DNA of 61,906 nt, the filler included, from Nemertoderma westbladi (taxonomy: Eukaryota; Animalia; Xenacoelomorpha): the NCBI GenBank assembly GCA_032718475.1. It is 4 parts of 4 records of this genome, joined end to end, with 100 filler letters (N's around TTAATTAATTAA, not from the genome) between each part and the next. Parts side by side here need not be neighbours in the genome. Positions count along the whole stretch, not along the records: positions 38,613 to 56,869 come from JAUCBJ010003941.1; positions 56,970 to 61,906 come from JAUCBJ010003539.1; 2 more parts are not named here. One strand, 5' to 3'. Below the pieces are notes generated by a model that had not been told where the DNA came from, made no database searches, and saw only the letters and a program-made list of their open reading frames with translations. The translations under genes and the position numbers were made by a program. Shown here piece by piece: positions 45,618 to 59,202 of the stretch (within the stretch, counting starts at the first letter, position 1; each line of letters begins with the position of its first letter).

Positions 45618-46179
45618 GACCCAATGGGAGATTTCATAAACTTTCATAGGAGGCTTGAAAATTATTGTATATTGGTTGCTTCCGATGTTTTTTATTAGGC
45701 TAAATGAGAATGTACTGAATTAGGTAGAAATAATTAGTGTTCTTTATTTTATTAGAAGACCGTTAGGACTTGTTACTGTAAAAGTATTCACTACAGTATG
45801 TATGTATGTATGTATGCATGTATATCGGGTTAACTCCTCCGAAACTATAGCTCGTCCGTCAATGGAAGTTATATCAATCGACACAGCTCAACCCCAGGAC
45901 CCAATGGGAGATTTCATAAACTTTCATAGGAGGCTTGAAAATTATTGTATATTGGTTGCTTCCGATGTTTTTTATTAGGCTAAATGAGAATGTACTGAAT
46001 TAGGTAGAAATAATTAGTGTTCTTTATTTTATTAGAAGACCGTTAGGACTTGTTACTGTAAAAGTATTCACTACAGTATGTATGTATGTATGTATGCATG
46101 TATATCGGGTTAACTCCTCCGAAACTATAGCTCGTCCGTCAATGGAAGTTATATCAATCGACACAGCTCAACCCCAGGA
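45618..46179. repeat. 280-bp tandem duplication containing a (TATG)n microsatellite
   Basis: CCAATGGGAG... at 45621 and 45901, apparently identical copies. Confidence 0.9.
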
Positions 46180-46639
46180 TGTAGAAAAAAAGTGTATTAT
46201 TATTAAAGTGTATTTTTTTATTTCGTATGAAATAGCCCCATAACAAGAAAATTGCCATAGACTCTATGATAGAAACACCAGCTGATGGGCAGACAAACAA
46301 GTAAGCAAACATCAACTGTTAGTTTGTAATGTATTACCCCGTCGTCAGCTGAATAACTCTTCCTAGTGAATCCTTTAGGAATATCTATATAATGTTATTC
46401 ACTATTATGTTAAGTGGGAGGCCAGCTGAATTTTAAGCACTGCACTGGTCCGTTTAAATGTTTTATAGGTTAAAATAATGACATTTGGAGACTGGTATTA
46501 CTCTCTCTCTCAGACTGTAAGCAAAGCTACTCAATGGGGAGGCACCGAACTACTGTATGTACACTACGTTTGGCTATGGACGGTCTTCTTATAGCCAGCT
46601 TGCTGGCTTTTTTTATATTATTCAGTAACACCCCTTCGC

Positions 46640-47560
46640 AGAATAAACTGCTCTTTGGGGCCGTTTCCCTTAAAGGAGTGATAGTAAATGAAGTTTATAT
46701 GCACGGGAGATATATTATATTTATTCGGGGTTTTTTCAATTTTAAGATTATTAATTTATGTTGTAGAGTGTTCCAGATCGAATGACCTAGGAGATTAATG
46801 GATCCTTGGGAGGAGGTTAGGCGAACTTTTGGAATATAGAAACCACCGGTAGTAGCAAGGCGAGTAGGGTAACTGTGAATGGATGAAGTTTTTGTAAATA
46901 GTGTTCCTAAAGTACTGTAGAGTCTGGTTAAATGGATTAGCTTTTGCATCGTACATGAGAGATCCTCATTGGTGTTTGTTTATAGAGGAGGTAAATAGGA
47001 AGAATGCCGAGAGACTTATAGATAGGTTTAGAGGAGGCTTGTTAATGAGAGAAGGTAATACAGCGTGGGAGTTTGTTGACTTTAATACGTAATGGTATTA
47101 GCGTAGAAGCATGGGTTTTACCCCAGAGTAAAATACCATAGACTACATAGGGGTGCACTAGTGAAAAGTATAGTTTGGGGGGGGGGGGTATACGAAGTGG
47201 AAAAATATGACGTAGTTTGTAGAATATTCCAGAGGTTCTAGAGATTTTTGCTATAATGTGTTTGAGGTGGGATTTCCGTATAGTTGTTGTCAACTAGAGC
47301 TCCTAGGAATTTATAGTGAGGTTTATGGGTAATCGGGGATTGATTAATTAGGATGGGATCAGAGTTGATATCAGGGTAGTTAGAAAATATAAGCGTATTC
47401 AGTCTTAGCTAAGTGAAGAGAAAAACGGTTGTCGGAAAGCCAATCGCGACCTTAGATGATTCCGAGTTAGAGATGATGGAGCCAAGGGTAGGTCTAGCTG
47501 TGTGGAGGAGTTGTGTCATCTGCATACAATGTAGAAATGAGTGAGGTAGTCGTTAATATA
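46640..47560 (-). mobile_element. Degenerate CR1-group LINE RT fragment
   Basis: LISTLYADDTT at ~47510-47540; KISRTSGIFYKLR..LYFSLVHPYVVYGILLWG; several frameshifts. Confidence 0.8.
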
Positions 47561-48869
47561 CAATACGACATATGATTCTCAAAAAAGTACCCGGTACAGT
47601 AATATATTTCAGATGACAATAACCCCAGAGGCGCAGTAACCAGTGTATTGGAAAGAGTAATAAAAAATGTACATAGGGAAATGGGTGGGAGAAAACCCGG
47701 AAGTTTGAATTGAAACGACTAATTATTACTATATTATATTATGTTTTGGCCATCCAGAAACTAAAGTTGTAATAACTTTCGAGTGCCTGACACTGTGTCT
47801 GTATAGCATTGATTGTGCTGCTCAATTGCGTGCAAATTCTAGCTGGTTATTGGTTTTTGTGGAATCGGTTCGGATTTTGGTTGGTTGGTTTTCGCTTCGT
47901 CAACCTTATTTCCGGCAACTTCCCTTAAAAATTCGGCAATAGAGGCAAATTGTAGGAATAAAAAATATTTCCTGTGATTAATTAAATGATTCATCACCAT
48001 TTATATTTGATATTGTCCCCTACCGCCCCCCCCCCCCTAGAGGTTTGATTCAGGAGCAGATAGAGGAACGGGAAAAGAATGAAAAGAAAGAGGACAGACT
48101 GGCGGTTATAAAAGCAGATCAATTGGAGGAAGAGAGACTAAAAAGGGAGAGGGAAAAACTGCAATGAACAGTTCGAAGCTGAAAAAGAATTACAGAGAAT
48201 CAAAGAGGTCAGTTATGGGAATTTATAGCTATGGAAGTGGTTTTCGGTAGGGGGTGGCGTTGGGACTCGTGGTGGTGGTGGTGGGGGGGGGGGGGGGGGT
48301 TGTGAGTGAAATATTGAAACGAGGGACCGAAGTGAGATAAAGGTACATTATACACAATATACCGGTAATCCAGAAATTTACAATAAAAACACTAAAGGCC
48401 CGTTTCCGCGCAGCTTTTTTTTTGAGCTTTATTTCAAACTTTTTTTAGTTAAAATAAATATTAATTGCTTCAAGATGAATCTGAGAAGTTTCAAATGCTA
48501 AAACATAAAATATAGAATAAAGCTCAATAAAAAGCTAGAAAAGTATAATTAATATCGTGTCTGTAGCTCATTATGGTGTACTTAAATGTATTAATAAAAT
48601 AAAATAAAATAGCTAATGAAATGTAAACTAATTTTGCCTGTAGGAAATGCTACCAGCAATTATTCCTAATGTTCATAAGAAATGCACCAAAAAAGTTTGC
48701 AAGCAAAACCTATTATTAGTTTTATACAAATAATTAATTTTACGTATTTTAAGTGTAAGCGATCAAATTAATTTAATTGTCATCACGTTCACCAATTTCA
48801 ATCAATTAATACCGATACCTTCCTTACGTAGAATTCTAATTATTTCCAGCTTTTTTAATTCCAAAATAA

Positions 48870-49592
48870 TTATTTAAACTGACTTAGTTTGGGATTGGAA
48901 GGATATGGGTCGCAAACCCTGGCTATTGGTTGGTTACCGTCCAGTAGGTCTTGAATGACAGCGAACGATTGCTGTAAATCATCACTAGGTGGCGCACTAG
49001 AAGGGATCCTCACTCCACAATCCTCGTGTCCCACTTCCTCCCGACCCGGTGTAGCTTGTCCCACCGGTCCCATTATACTCGGTCTCTGTAACTCATGCCC
49101 GAGAATGATGTCCAACAATTGATTCTCTGTGTTCCTTTTCTCTAGGTCACCAACCGCGGTCCATTGGTTATTAATCTCCAATCTGTAGGCACCCCTGAAC
49201 TCATGGGAACACGAGGTACCCCACTCCGCAGGAGAGATTATACTCATATATTCTGTCCCGTTGTCCCTTCTATACAGGTAGTACATCGTCCCTGGCACCT
49301 TCTTTAGGTTACAAGTCACGTGATGCAGATATTTGTCCCGCCTAGCTTCTTCCAGACAGACCCTAGCCTGTTCCTGCAGTCTGTGGATCTGTTCAGCTAT
49401 GACTGTTAGTTTCGCCCCGGCGTTAGACCTTACAGACTGGTCTGCGGTATCTATATCCCGAGCTAGAGCCACGAGATATTCTGGGTCTCCCAGCAGTACC
49501 CGGCTGGGTGGGGTAGCCACGGTCTGTACCGGGTTCGTTGGTTTACAGTTGCCCGAGTCCACGGTAGCTTGGTGATCGGTCCAGCCACTCAT
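48870..49592 (-). CDS. C1orf50: C1orf50-like DUF2452 protein, single exon
   Basis: LVALA..I..AD..VR.NA..KLTVIAEQI..LQEQAR..LHHV.CN.KK.PG..YYLY..SIISP.EWG. Confidence 0.9.
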   Translation of the reverse strand: MSGWTDHQATVDSGNCKPTNPVQTVATPPSRVLLGDPEYLVALARDIDTADQSVRSNAGAKLTVIAEQIHRLQEQARVCLEEARRDKYLHHVTCNLKKVPGTMYYLYRRDNGTEYMSIISPAEWGTSCSHEFRGAYRLEINNQWTAVGDLEKRNTENQLLDIILGHELQRPSIMGPVGQATPGREEVGHEDCGVRIPSSAPPSDDLQQSFAVIQDLLDGNQPIARVCDPYPSNPKLSQFK

Positions 49593-50977
49593 ATCGTTTG
49601 TCGTTCAATATGTCCAAAAAATAATAAATATTACATAAAAATACAAATACAAATACAAATGAAAATAATAATTAATTTTTTATGAACTGATTAACAAAAT
49701 AAAGGTCAGGGTTACGTTTATTTATATCCAATAGTTTTTTATTTGAGATTTATATATACTTGGTTGTGATTGTGCTATCCCAATTACATTTGTGTATTAT
49801 GTACTATTACCTTGTAATATGTACGAAATTAAATTAAATAAATAAATAATTAAAACCGTAATTGCCATTTAACCTACAAAGAACAATTAAATTATAAAAG
49901 TCGCATCGAGATAGCAGTTGGCAACAATAACACACCACAATTTACTTTGTTGTTACAATAATGGCTGGTTTCGCTTATTTAAAGTTAAATTTGTAAACAA
50001 ATTTTGTAGGACGCTAGTCGTTAATCAGATAGGTAATTATAAATAAATTATAACCCGAATCCTATACTGTACTTGTACATACTAGTCTAAAACAACTGAA
50101 CATCGATCTATTACTCCATGCTTTGTATCTACTAACACCAACAGCATGTGTTAGAGACTCGTTAGTTAACCAGTAATTATTATTTCCATGAGTATAGTAG
50201 TTACGGTATTTCCTCTCACCGGTAGTTAATACCAAGAATATACCAGCAAGTAACACAAGGACCTTCTTAGATAATACCAATATACATTGTTATTGTGTTT
50301 ACATAGGGTACCGGTATAAAGTAAATCTATCTATTACAATACCATAACGCACGCCAGCAGCACGTATAGTGGGGTTCTATTGGTTGCTACACAATACATT
50401 ACACATATACTCCCAACCCACAACGCTGTTTTTTTCATGTACAAGTAATGAAAAATACAATGTTGATTGTTTGTAGTAGTTCGCCACCCAATGTAGGAAT
50501 ATATTAAAAGGGGTCTTTATATAAATAAACATTATTATTATTAGTATTTATTAAAATTTATTAGTAAAAAATTCGATGCGGTATATTGTGCAATAATAAT
50601 TAACTTAGTTATACAATAAGCACCAAAATATTTACAAATTATTGAGATACAGTTGTGGGGCGAGCCTCATAAAGCAAGCCTTGGTGTACGGCTATTATTA
50701 TCCATATATCCCGCGTTTATGTAAAAATACTTTGTGTTAGATGAAACTTGACATACGTTGTATGGTAATAACTAATGTATATAAACTTCGCAGCGGAACA
50801 GTGGGAAGGGGAGGGTGATTGGCACAAATCAGACATCGGCGAATCATTAACATTATTTCATATAAATTTAGGGAAAGGTGCAGGTTACAGCGGCGTGTTA
50901 TTCTGACAAAAAACAATAGACAAAAGTTTATTACGAGAGTATATCTTATACTTCCACTTTTGTTCACATTCAACTGT

Positions 50978-51570
50978 TATTTTTCCCTGGAGAGGGCTCT
51001 GTTTTTCCCTGAAGAGGGCTCTATTTTTCCCTGGAGAGGGCTCTATTTTCCCTAGAGAGGGCTCTATTTTCCCTGGAGAGGGCTCTATTTTTCCCTGGAG
51101 AGGTCTCTATTTTTCCCTGAAGACGGCTCTATTTTTCCCTGGAGAGGGCTCTATTTTTCCCTGAAGACGGCTCTATTTTTCCCTGGAGAGGGCTCTATTT
51201 TTCCTTGGAGAGGGCTCTATTTTTCCCTGGAGAGGGCTCTATTTTTCCCTGGAGAGGGCTCTATTTTTCCCTAGAGAGGGCTCTATTTTCCCTGGAGAGG
51301 GCTCTATTTTTCCCTGGAGAGGGCTCTATTTTTCCCTGGAGAGGGCTCTATTTTTCCCTAGAGAGGGCTCTATTTTTCCCTGGAGAGGGCTCTATTTTTC
51401 CCTGGAGAGGGCTCTATTTTTCCCTGGAGAGGGCTCTATTTTTCCCTGGAGAGGGTTCTATTTTTCCCTGGAGAGGGCTCTATTTTTCCCTGGAGAGGGC
51501 TCTGTTTTTCCCTGGAGAGGGCTCTATTTTTCCCTGGAGAGGGTTCTATTTTTCCCTGGAGAGGGCTCTA
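50978..51570. repeat. 21-22-bp minisatellite, ~27 copies
   Basis: TTTTTCCCTGGAGAGGGCTCTA units. Confidence 0.95.
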
Positions 51571-52216
51571 ATATAACTAAGATTAGAGTTTAATGGCAGC
51601 GCTAATTAGGGTTGGGTTGTCATACTGCGCTAACCAAATAGCCTTATATCGCGGAGTACAGCACAGGTATGTACTTTTGGTGATTATTTGCAATTTATTG
51701 CAAAAAATACATTTATAAATAAATTTATTTATAAAATAAATAAATTTATTGCGATATATTTGGAAACAATTTATTTGGTGTAAAAAATTAAATTTGTTTT
51801 TGCGTTCAATAAATTCGTCGGGGTTTGTGAATCAATTTTAAAAAATATTTATTAATTTTTTCATTGAAATTACAGTAAACCGTACTGAAATTTAAAATAT
51901 ACCGACTATACCAAGGATAGCTGGAACATCTGGTTTGGATTTAATTACAAAAACAAAACTAGATTACAAAAGTAGGCCTATTTATAAACGCGACTAACAT
52001 TGTAACAACAATGGCAACACAAGTAAACACATTGATGACCGCGGCGCAAATGTAAGCGAACCTGTAGGGTTTATAGCGTTGTTGCAAAAACTTTAGCATA
52101 TTATCATCATAACATTTTAAATGGGAGAGGCGGTTCTGCGGTTAATTTAATGAAATAAATAGAATTAATATTAAATAAATCAATGCAAATAAAACTTGTT
52201 TCCATCGTATGCCATA

Positions 52217-52687
52217 TCATATATTAAAACTCTCTCCGCAACCACAAGTTCCCTTGATGTTGGGATTATTGAATACAAACCCGCTGAATATTCTACCCTC
52301 CACATAATCCATCTCGGTTCCTAACAGAGTCAGTTGCGCCTTGGAGTCAACGTAAATGCGGACACCTTCCATATCGACGATCTCGTCGAATTGTTTCTTC
52401 TCGCTCGTGTAATCCAACGTGTAACTCAGCCCGTTACAGCCGCGCGTTCGTACCGAAATACGGAGTCCCATCGCCTCGCCGCGCTCCTTCATTAGTTTAC
52501 TCACCCTCTCCAAGGCCGCGGGGGTCAGTGACAGCGCTGAGCGGGCCGCTATGCCTTGTTTTTTAGGTACCGGTCGCACCGTAGCGGACAGCGTGGCTTG
52601 TCGGTAGTTTTGGATAGGACAGTTGAAACTGACACGGGATGAGCGGTTGCTAGGTAACCGTAGCAACCAACTACAGCGGATTGACAT
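52217..52687 (-). CDS. ISCA1: Mitochondrial iron-sulfur cluster assembly protein IscA1, single exon
   Basis: RGCNGLSYTLDY, KAQLTLLGTEMDY, FNNPNIKGTCGCGESF; Arg/Ser-rich N-terminal targeting peptide. Confidence 0.95.
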   Translation of the reverse strand: MSIRCSWLLRLPSNRSSRVSFNCPIQNYRQATLSATVRPVPKKQGIAARSALSLTPAALERVSKLMKERGEAMGLRISVRTRGCNGLSYTLDYTSEKKQFDEIVDMEGVRIYVDSKAQLTLLGTEMDYVEGRIFSGFVFNNPNIKGTCGCGESFNI

Positions 52688-53299
52688 AATTCTACTGTTT
52701 TATCGACCACGTTGGCCCAAAAATTGCCTTAAAGGCAGAAAGTTTTTAGTATTGTCCAGGTGTTTGATCTTGTTCTTTCTTATTAAAGACTACAGGAGAT
52801 ACATCAGGTTGTTACTCCTGTCTGTCTGTACAGCTGTACTCTGTGAACGAAGACTCAAGCTGTCAAGAGTCGGCTGATCTCGCTCTGTTGTTCAGTCTGT
52901 CAGTTGTTATGTACAGACCAGTACTGCAGTAACAATATAACGTCGTAAGTCCTAAACTTTAACGATTTACAGATGTAAAGAAAGGAACCATCCCGTACAG
53001 CCGTATACGAAACGTAATCTAAGTACAGAAGTATGGCTTACTGTCTGACTGTAACTGCAGAACTGTACTGCTGTAGCACCGGTACTGTCTGACTATAGTA
53101 GGCCTAATCCTAGTCAGATCAGCAGGTGGAAGATAGATATCCAGATATATTAGATATATTATATAACAGGGGCTTGTTATATAAAAAATAACAGGTAAAA
53201 CACTAGAGTCTTATACCCCCAAAACTTCCAAAAATATAGAATCAGGACATTGCGCCCAAAATAGTACTCAGCCCTAGGGCTATCAAAAACCACAAAAAA

Positions 53300-55055
53300 T
53301 ACCATAACCATGGCCCGTAATATAGTGCCATTTTCTGATGACACGGACACCCCCCCCCCCCCCCCCCACCCCACCCCTCCCCCCAGATTGTTCTACAAAT
53401 ATTTATCATATTGCTTGAAATTTTAAACACAACTAGTTCCACTCACCGTCGATGACCCCATGAAGCCGGAATTTTCGATTTTGCCTTTAAGTTTTTTTTA
53501 TAAGCGTTTTATAAAAGTGTCTTTTGCGAAATCGTACCCTCAGTATCGTGGCCATTCTTCACATATGTCGTAATTGTTTCATATCATTAAAAAGCTTGCC
53601 TTGCAAGGATTCCAAATATGTAACAATGTCTGAATTTCGTTGAGAAACAGCTGAGATATAGGCGTTCAAAGACTGCAAGAATTATTGTTCGCTACATGCC
53701 ATTTATTCTATTTAATAAATATACGATGTTCTGTAACATTTTGTTTAACTATGATTAGCTACACAATAGATATATTGGATGGGAATAGCGTTGTTTCCAA
53801 CCAACTCATAATATAAATAACACATTCTAGAATTTTGTGTATTTATTAAATAGAATAAGTGGCCTGCAGCGAACAATACTTCTTGCAATCTTTTGAACGC
53901 CTATATCTCAGCTGTTTCTCAACGAAGTTAATATATTGTTACATATTTCGAATCCTTACAAGGCAAGCTTTTTAATGATATGAAAAAATTACGACTAATG
54001 TGAATAATGGCCACGATACGGAGGATGCGATTTCGCAAAATACACTTTTTTAAAACGCTTATAAAAAGAATTTAAAGGCAAAATCGAAAATTCCGTCTTG
54101 ATGGGGTCATCGACGGTGAGTGGAACTTGATATGTTTGGAATCCTTGCAACGCAAGCTTTCTAATGATATGAAAAAATTACGACTAATGTGAAGAATGAT
54201 AACGATACGGAGGGTGTGATTTCGCAAAAGACACTTTTATTCTTAAATTGTTACTTTATAGCTCGAATATACCCCAGAATCGGGAGAAAAAGTTTCACTT
54301 TTTTCCCAAGGGAAAAAAAGTAACTCATAGGATTGCATTGATTTTACTTTTTTTCCCGGCGAAAAAAGTAAAGTGAAATATTTTTGGTGGAATTTCGTAA
54401 ATTTTGTTACATATATTTTAAATAGCATCGGCGTAGAAAAGGTTTGCAAGTACTTTGAGCAAAATCCATTCACACACTCAAAAGTTATTGCAACTTTAGT
54501 GTCTGAAAGGCGAACTCAAACACGGAATTCAATATCCAATATTGGTTTATGTAGTTAAGCGGCTCTCTAGTTACGTGATAAATATTCGAGAACACTAAAT
54601 TATTTTAACATTGAGTAAGGTAGCATCACGAGTTGAAGAGTACAATAATTTGAATCGCAGTAACTATGGAAGCAATATAGTTAAATACTACAGTTCAATT
54701 AATTTTGTAACACTATATCTTCTATTATAGAATTGAGCAACAAAAAAGTACTAATTTAAGAATAAAATGACGTATTACATGGGAAAAAAACGTAGAACAT
54801 TATTTTTTTCAATATTCTCTCGACCCTTTATTATCCTCGCTGACGCTCGGTAAATAAAATACTTCGAGAATAATGAAAAAAAGTTCTACTTTTTTCCCAT
54901 GTAATAAATAATTATTTTAAAACGCTTATTAAAAAAAATTAATGGCAAAATCGAAAATTCCGGCTTCATGGGGACATCGACGGTGAGTGAAACTAGTTGT
55001 GTTTCAAATTTCAAGCAATATGATAAAGATTTGTAGAAAAATCTGGGAGGGGGGG
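53300..55055. mobile_element. Large inverted-repeat non-autonomous element with nested insertions
   Basis: 53380-53720 is inverted at 53840-54125 and partly at 54915-55050; small hairpin MITE at ~54772-54908. Confidence 0.7.
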
Positions 55056-55128
55056 TTCATCACAAATAATTTCACTGTGTAGTTGCTTCGTCAATTATAT
55101 ACTAATTCAAATATTATTGCTGGGAAAT

Positions 55129-55222
55129 TTGTGGGGCGAGCCACGAAGTTGGCGGAGCCTTAGCGAATTGACACTGTTAGGGGGTGGGTCAATTTATGCA
55201 AATAGTTGTCGTCGTCGTCGTT

Positions 55223-55264
<42 letters not shown>

Positions 55265-56710
55265 GTCGTCGTCGTCGTCGTTACGATTTTGACATGCTAA
55301 TAACTTTGTCGGATTTAAAGCTGCCAAGTTGAAAATTTGTAGGTATCAATATGAGCTAAAGTTGAGATTTTTGAGAGACTTTCAGACACCATCAGTGCAA
55401 TGGTCTCCCGCTAGAGGGCCACATGTCTAAACATTAAATGGCCACCCATTTCTTTGCTTTTAATCCGTTTAAGCTGAAACTTGGGAAGTATGTACTAGAC
55501 CATTAGCTGTAAATTTCAAAGGAGGCTAATCTGTCTGTAGTTCTCCAGTCTGCCGCTAGAGGGCGAAATGTCCCGAATGTGAAATTATTCTTCCATTTAG
55601 TTGTTTATGATCTGATTACGCTGAAACTTGTCATATATGTACTAGATGACATCCTGAGTCTTTGTGTGGATTGTAATCGGTCCGAAGTTTTCCAGTCTGC
55701 CGCTAGAGGGCCACATGTCTAAACATTAAATGGCCACCCATTTCTTTGCTTTTAATCCGTTTAAGCTGAAACTTGGGAAGTATGTACTAGACAATTAGCT
55801 GTAAATTTCAAAGGAGGCTAATCTGTCTGCAGTTCTCCAGTCTGCCGCTAGAGGGCGAAATGTCCCGAATGTGAAATTATTCTTCCATTTAGTTGTTTAT
55901 GATCTGATTACGCTGAAACTTGTCATATATGTACTAGATGACATCCTGAGTCTTTGTGTGGATTGTAATCGGTCCGAAGTTTTCCAGTCTGCCGCTAGAG
56001 GGCCACATGTCTAAACATTAAATGGCCACCCATTTCTTTGCTTTTAATCCGTTTAAGCTGAAACTTGGGAAGTATGTACTAGACAATTAGCTGTAAATTT
56101 CAAAGGAGGCTAATCTGTCTGCAGTTCTCCAGTCTGCCGCTAGAGGGCGAAATGTCCCGAATGTGAAATTATTCTTCCATTTAGTTGTTTATGATCTGAT
56201 TACGCTGAAACTTGTCATATATGTACTAGAAGACATCCTAAGTCTTTGTGTGGACAGTAATCGGTCCGGAGTTTTCGAGTCTGCCGCTAGATGGCGAAAT
56301 GTAGGAAAGTGATAACCTTCGCGAATTCCTTGATCTTAATCTATTTAAGCTTAATTTTGGAATATACAGTACCGGTATGTACTAGACCACATGCCTCGTC
56401 TTTGTGAGGAAGGTGATCGATCCGTAGTTCTTTAATATGCCGCTAGAGGGCTAAATGTATGAAAGTGAAAACCTTCCAACATTTCGTTATTTATGATCCG
56501 TCAATCGGAAACTTGGTAGATATGTAATAGACCATAGGCTGTGGCTTTGTAGGGAAACTAATCCTTCCTTCTTCAGTTACCCAGTCTCCCGCTAGAGGGT
56601 TAACGTTTTCCGGGAAAATCTTCTCCTATGTTTTTATAATCCTTTCGAGTTGATACTTAGCATTAACTCATTTCACGTGCTGCGCGAAGGCCCCACTTCG
56701 TGTATCTTTA
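55129..56710 (+). mobile_element. Helentron/DINE-1-like element carrying a satellite array
   Basis: TGTGGGGC head and GCCCCAC tail as sub-terminal inverted repeats, (GTC)n at 55207-55280, ~146-bp monomers in a 292-bp dimer (CCGCTAGAGGG), T-rich end. Confidence 0.75.
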
Positions 56711-56869
56711 TATTTTATTCATTTTAGCTGGAGAAACAGCAAAAACACGAACAATTAGCGCGGTCAATGGAGGTAGCCCAACAACAGGCACTAGAGCGCA
56801 AACGGATAGCCAGAATATCTAAGCTTCAGTCCCAAGGTCATGATACAAACCCACTTCAAACCACATACG

Positions 56870-56969
56870 NNNNNNNNNNNNNNNNNNNNNNNNNNNNNNN
56901 NNNNNNNNNNNNNTTAATTAATTAANNNNNNNNNNNNNNNNNNNNNNNNNNNNNNNNNNNNNNNNNNNN
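56870..56969. other. Artificial contig spacer
   Basis: N-run with central TTAATTAATTAA. Confidence 0.98.
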
Positions 56970-57147
56970 GGTACGTATTACTAATAAATACTATCTGACT
57001 ATTACTACATACAGACTGACAGACATACCGACCGGTGCTACTGTCTGACTGACTTACTGTATTACATAGGCAGATAGAGATAGGCCTACAGTATTAGGCC
57101 TCTACTGCAGTACTGCTCTATCAAATTACAGATTATGCGATCCGATT

Positions 57148-59132
57148 ATGGAGGAATGTGATATAGAAGTTTCGACTAAAGTGATTGTTGTTGGAAACGG
57201 TGGAGTTGGTAAATCTAGTTTAATGCAACGATATTGCAAAGGAATATTTACTGACACCTATAAGAAAACAATAGGTGTGGATTTTATGGAAAAACAGATT
57301 GATTTAGATGGCACGGAAGTACGACTGATGTTATGGGACACTGCTGGACAAGTAAGTTTAAACTGCAGCTGCCTGGCGGCTGGCTGGCTGGCTGCAGCCT
57401 GGCAGCAGACCTGCAGACTGCTGAACTGTTTTCAGTTTTAATCTGTTAAGGTCTTAGGGTAATTCTTCAGTCAGTCAGTCCTGCAGTCATGGCAGTCTTC
57501 CTTTTCAGTCATATACCATACAGCCATGAGCCATATTCTGATATTACTGTATTACTGTATTATACGGCTGCACCTACCATGCAGACATGCCTTACACTGT
57601 TACAGCCTAATCATTATGCCTACTGCCTGACCGAAAACGTCAACTGGTAGCCTGATAATGCGGTAGGCCTTGGGAAACACGTTGAAAGATTGCAACATGG
57701 AGGATTGTTGACGGTAAAAACATAGAAAAGCATCCATGTTAAAAACAAAGAATGCAAATATATGAACATCAACATGGTAAAACTATATGTCTTACAAGTC
57801 TACGCCTATATACGGTCACTGTTAAAATACCTGTATCGCGGATATACAGTACGAAATAGTGTATACCATCACCATGTAAAACGTTAGTACAGTAGTATAA
57901 TAAACAATAAACCCCGTGGTTTATGGTATATAGGCTAGCTGTATAGTTAAGCATGTAAACATATTGCAATATTTAAGTTAAGGGTATAACTTACACTATA
58001 CATATACCGGTACAAAAATAAATAAAATGTCCAAGTGTATAAAAGCCGGTAGCTGATTTGTATACGGTATTAGTTGGTTAGTATATTTTGTGAGAGTGGT
58101 GCTTTAATCGGCGTCGGGAATATCCTCAAGAGGCAAGCGTTACGTTACTGTATAACGGGCAAACATGCCGATATATTTCTGTCTCTCTGTCAGTCTGTGT
58201 AGGCCTAATACTGTAATAATATAATGGTAATTATATAACTGTATGTTATAATGCTGTGTGATAAGTTTTTTTAAGAATATATACTGTTATTTATTATGAA
58301 AAGTAATATATTCTTAGTCCTCAGCTAAAAGCAGGTAATCTGACTTTCAGGAATAGCATTCTAACTTGGTATTCCCTAGCACTACACTTATACGTACTAA
58401 ATATCTGTCCCAAAACATTGACCTTAGTTTTGTACAAAATGGTCAAGGGGTATTTCTACCCCTAATTGTATCCTTTATGAGAGACGTTAGCTATTTTTAA
58501 TGGTAAAGAAGTATATACCTCGATTGTGCTGCGAAATTCAAAATTGTTGTTTTTTTATATTTTGATTTTTTTTATTTGTATTTATAATACAGGAAGAATT
58601 CGATTCTATTACCAAATCCTACTACCGCGGTGCCAACGCCTGTGTGATAACCTTTTCTACCACCGATATCGAGTCATTCAAAGCCGTAAAACTGTGGAAA
58701 CACAAAGTAGAAACAGAATGTGGGGATAGTCTGCCGATGGTTCTGGTACAGAATAAGATAGACCTAATAGACGAAGCGGTAATGGAAGCTAATGAAGCTG
58801 ATAGTCTAGCTAAATCATTAAAGATGAGATTTTATAGAAGTTCAGTTAAAGATAATTTAAATATTTCGAACATATTCGAATTTCTCGCCCAAAAACATTT
58901 AGAAAATATATCGAAGAAGTTGAGACAAGTTGAGACTCAGTCTGGAACTGGGCAAGCTGCCAGTATAGGGACAGTGTTTAATACCCGGGATAGTAAAGCA
59001 ACTCCCCCAGGGTCTGCTAACACTAACACCGCTCCCGGGATGAGGAAGAATTCCTCCATCGTTTTAGAACCCTCCCGGAAGCGGACTAAGAATAAAGGAC
59101 CTATTGGTTCGCTCCGATGTAGTTTGTTATAG
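57148..59132 (+). CDS. RAB23: Ras-related protein Rab-23 (exons 57148-57351, 58593-59132; 247 aa)
   Basis: GNGGVGKSSLMQRYCKGIFT..YKKTIGVDF, WDTAGQ|EEFDSITKSYYRGA, QNKIDL, C-terminal CSLL; phase-0 GT-AG intron. Confidence 0.95.
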
Positions 59133-59202
59133 TTGATATTATATTTATACAGTGTAGACTCCTAAGTTAAACTGATGATAACAACATATATACAGTCACT
59201 TA

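Noticed and set aside
51205-51576. 123-aa repetitive ORF
   Set aside because: Minisatellite translation.
55117-55332. Protamine-like poly-Arg ORF
   Set aside because: Translation of the (GTC)n microsatellite in a Helentron-like element.
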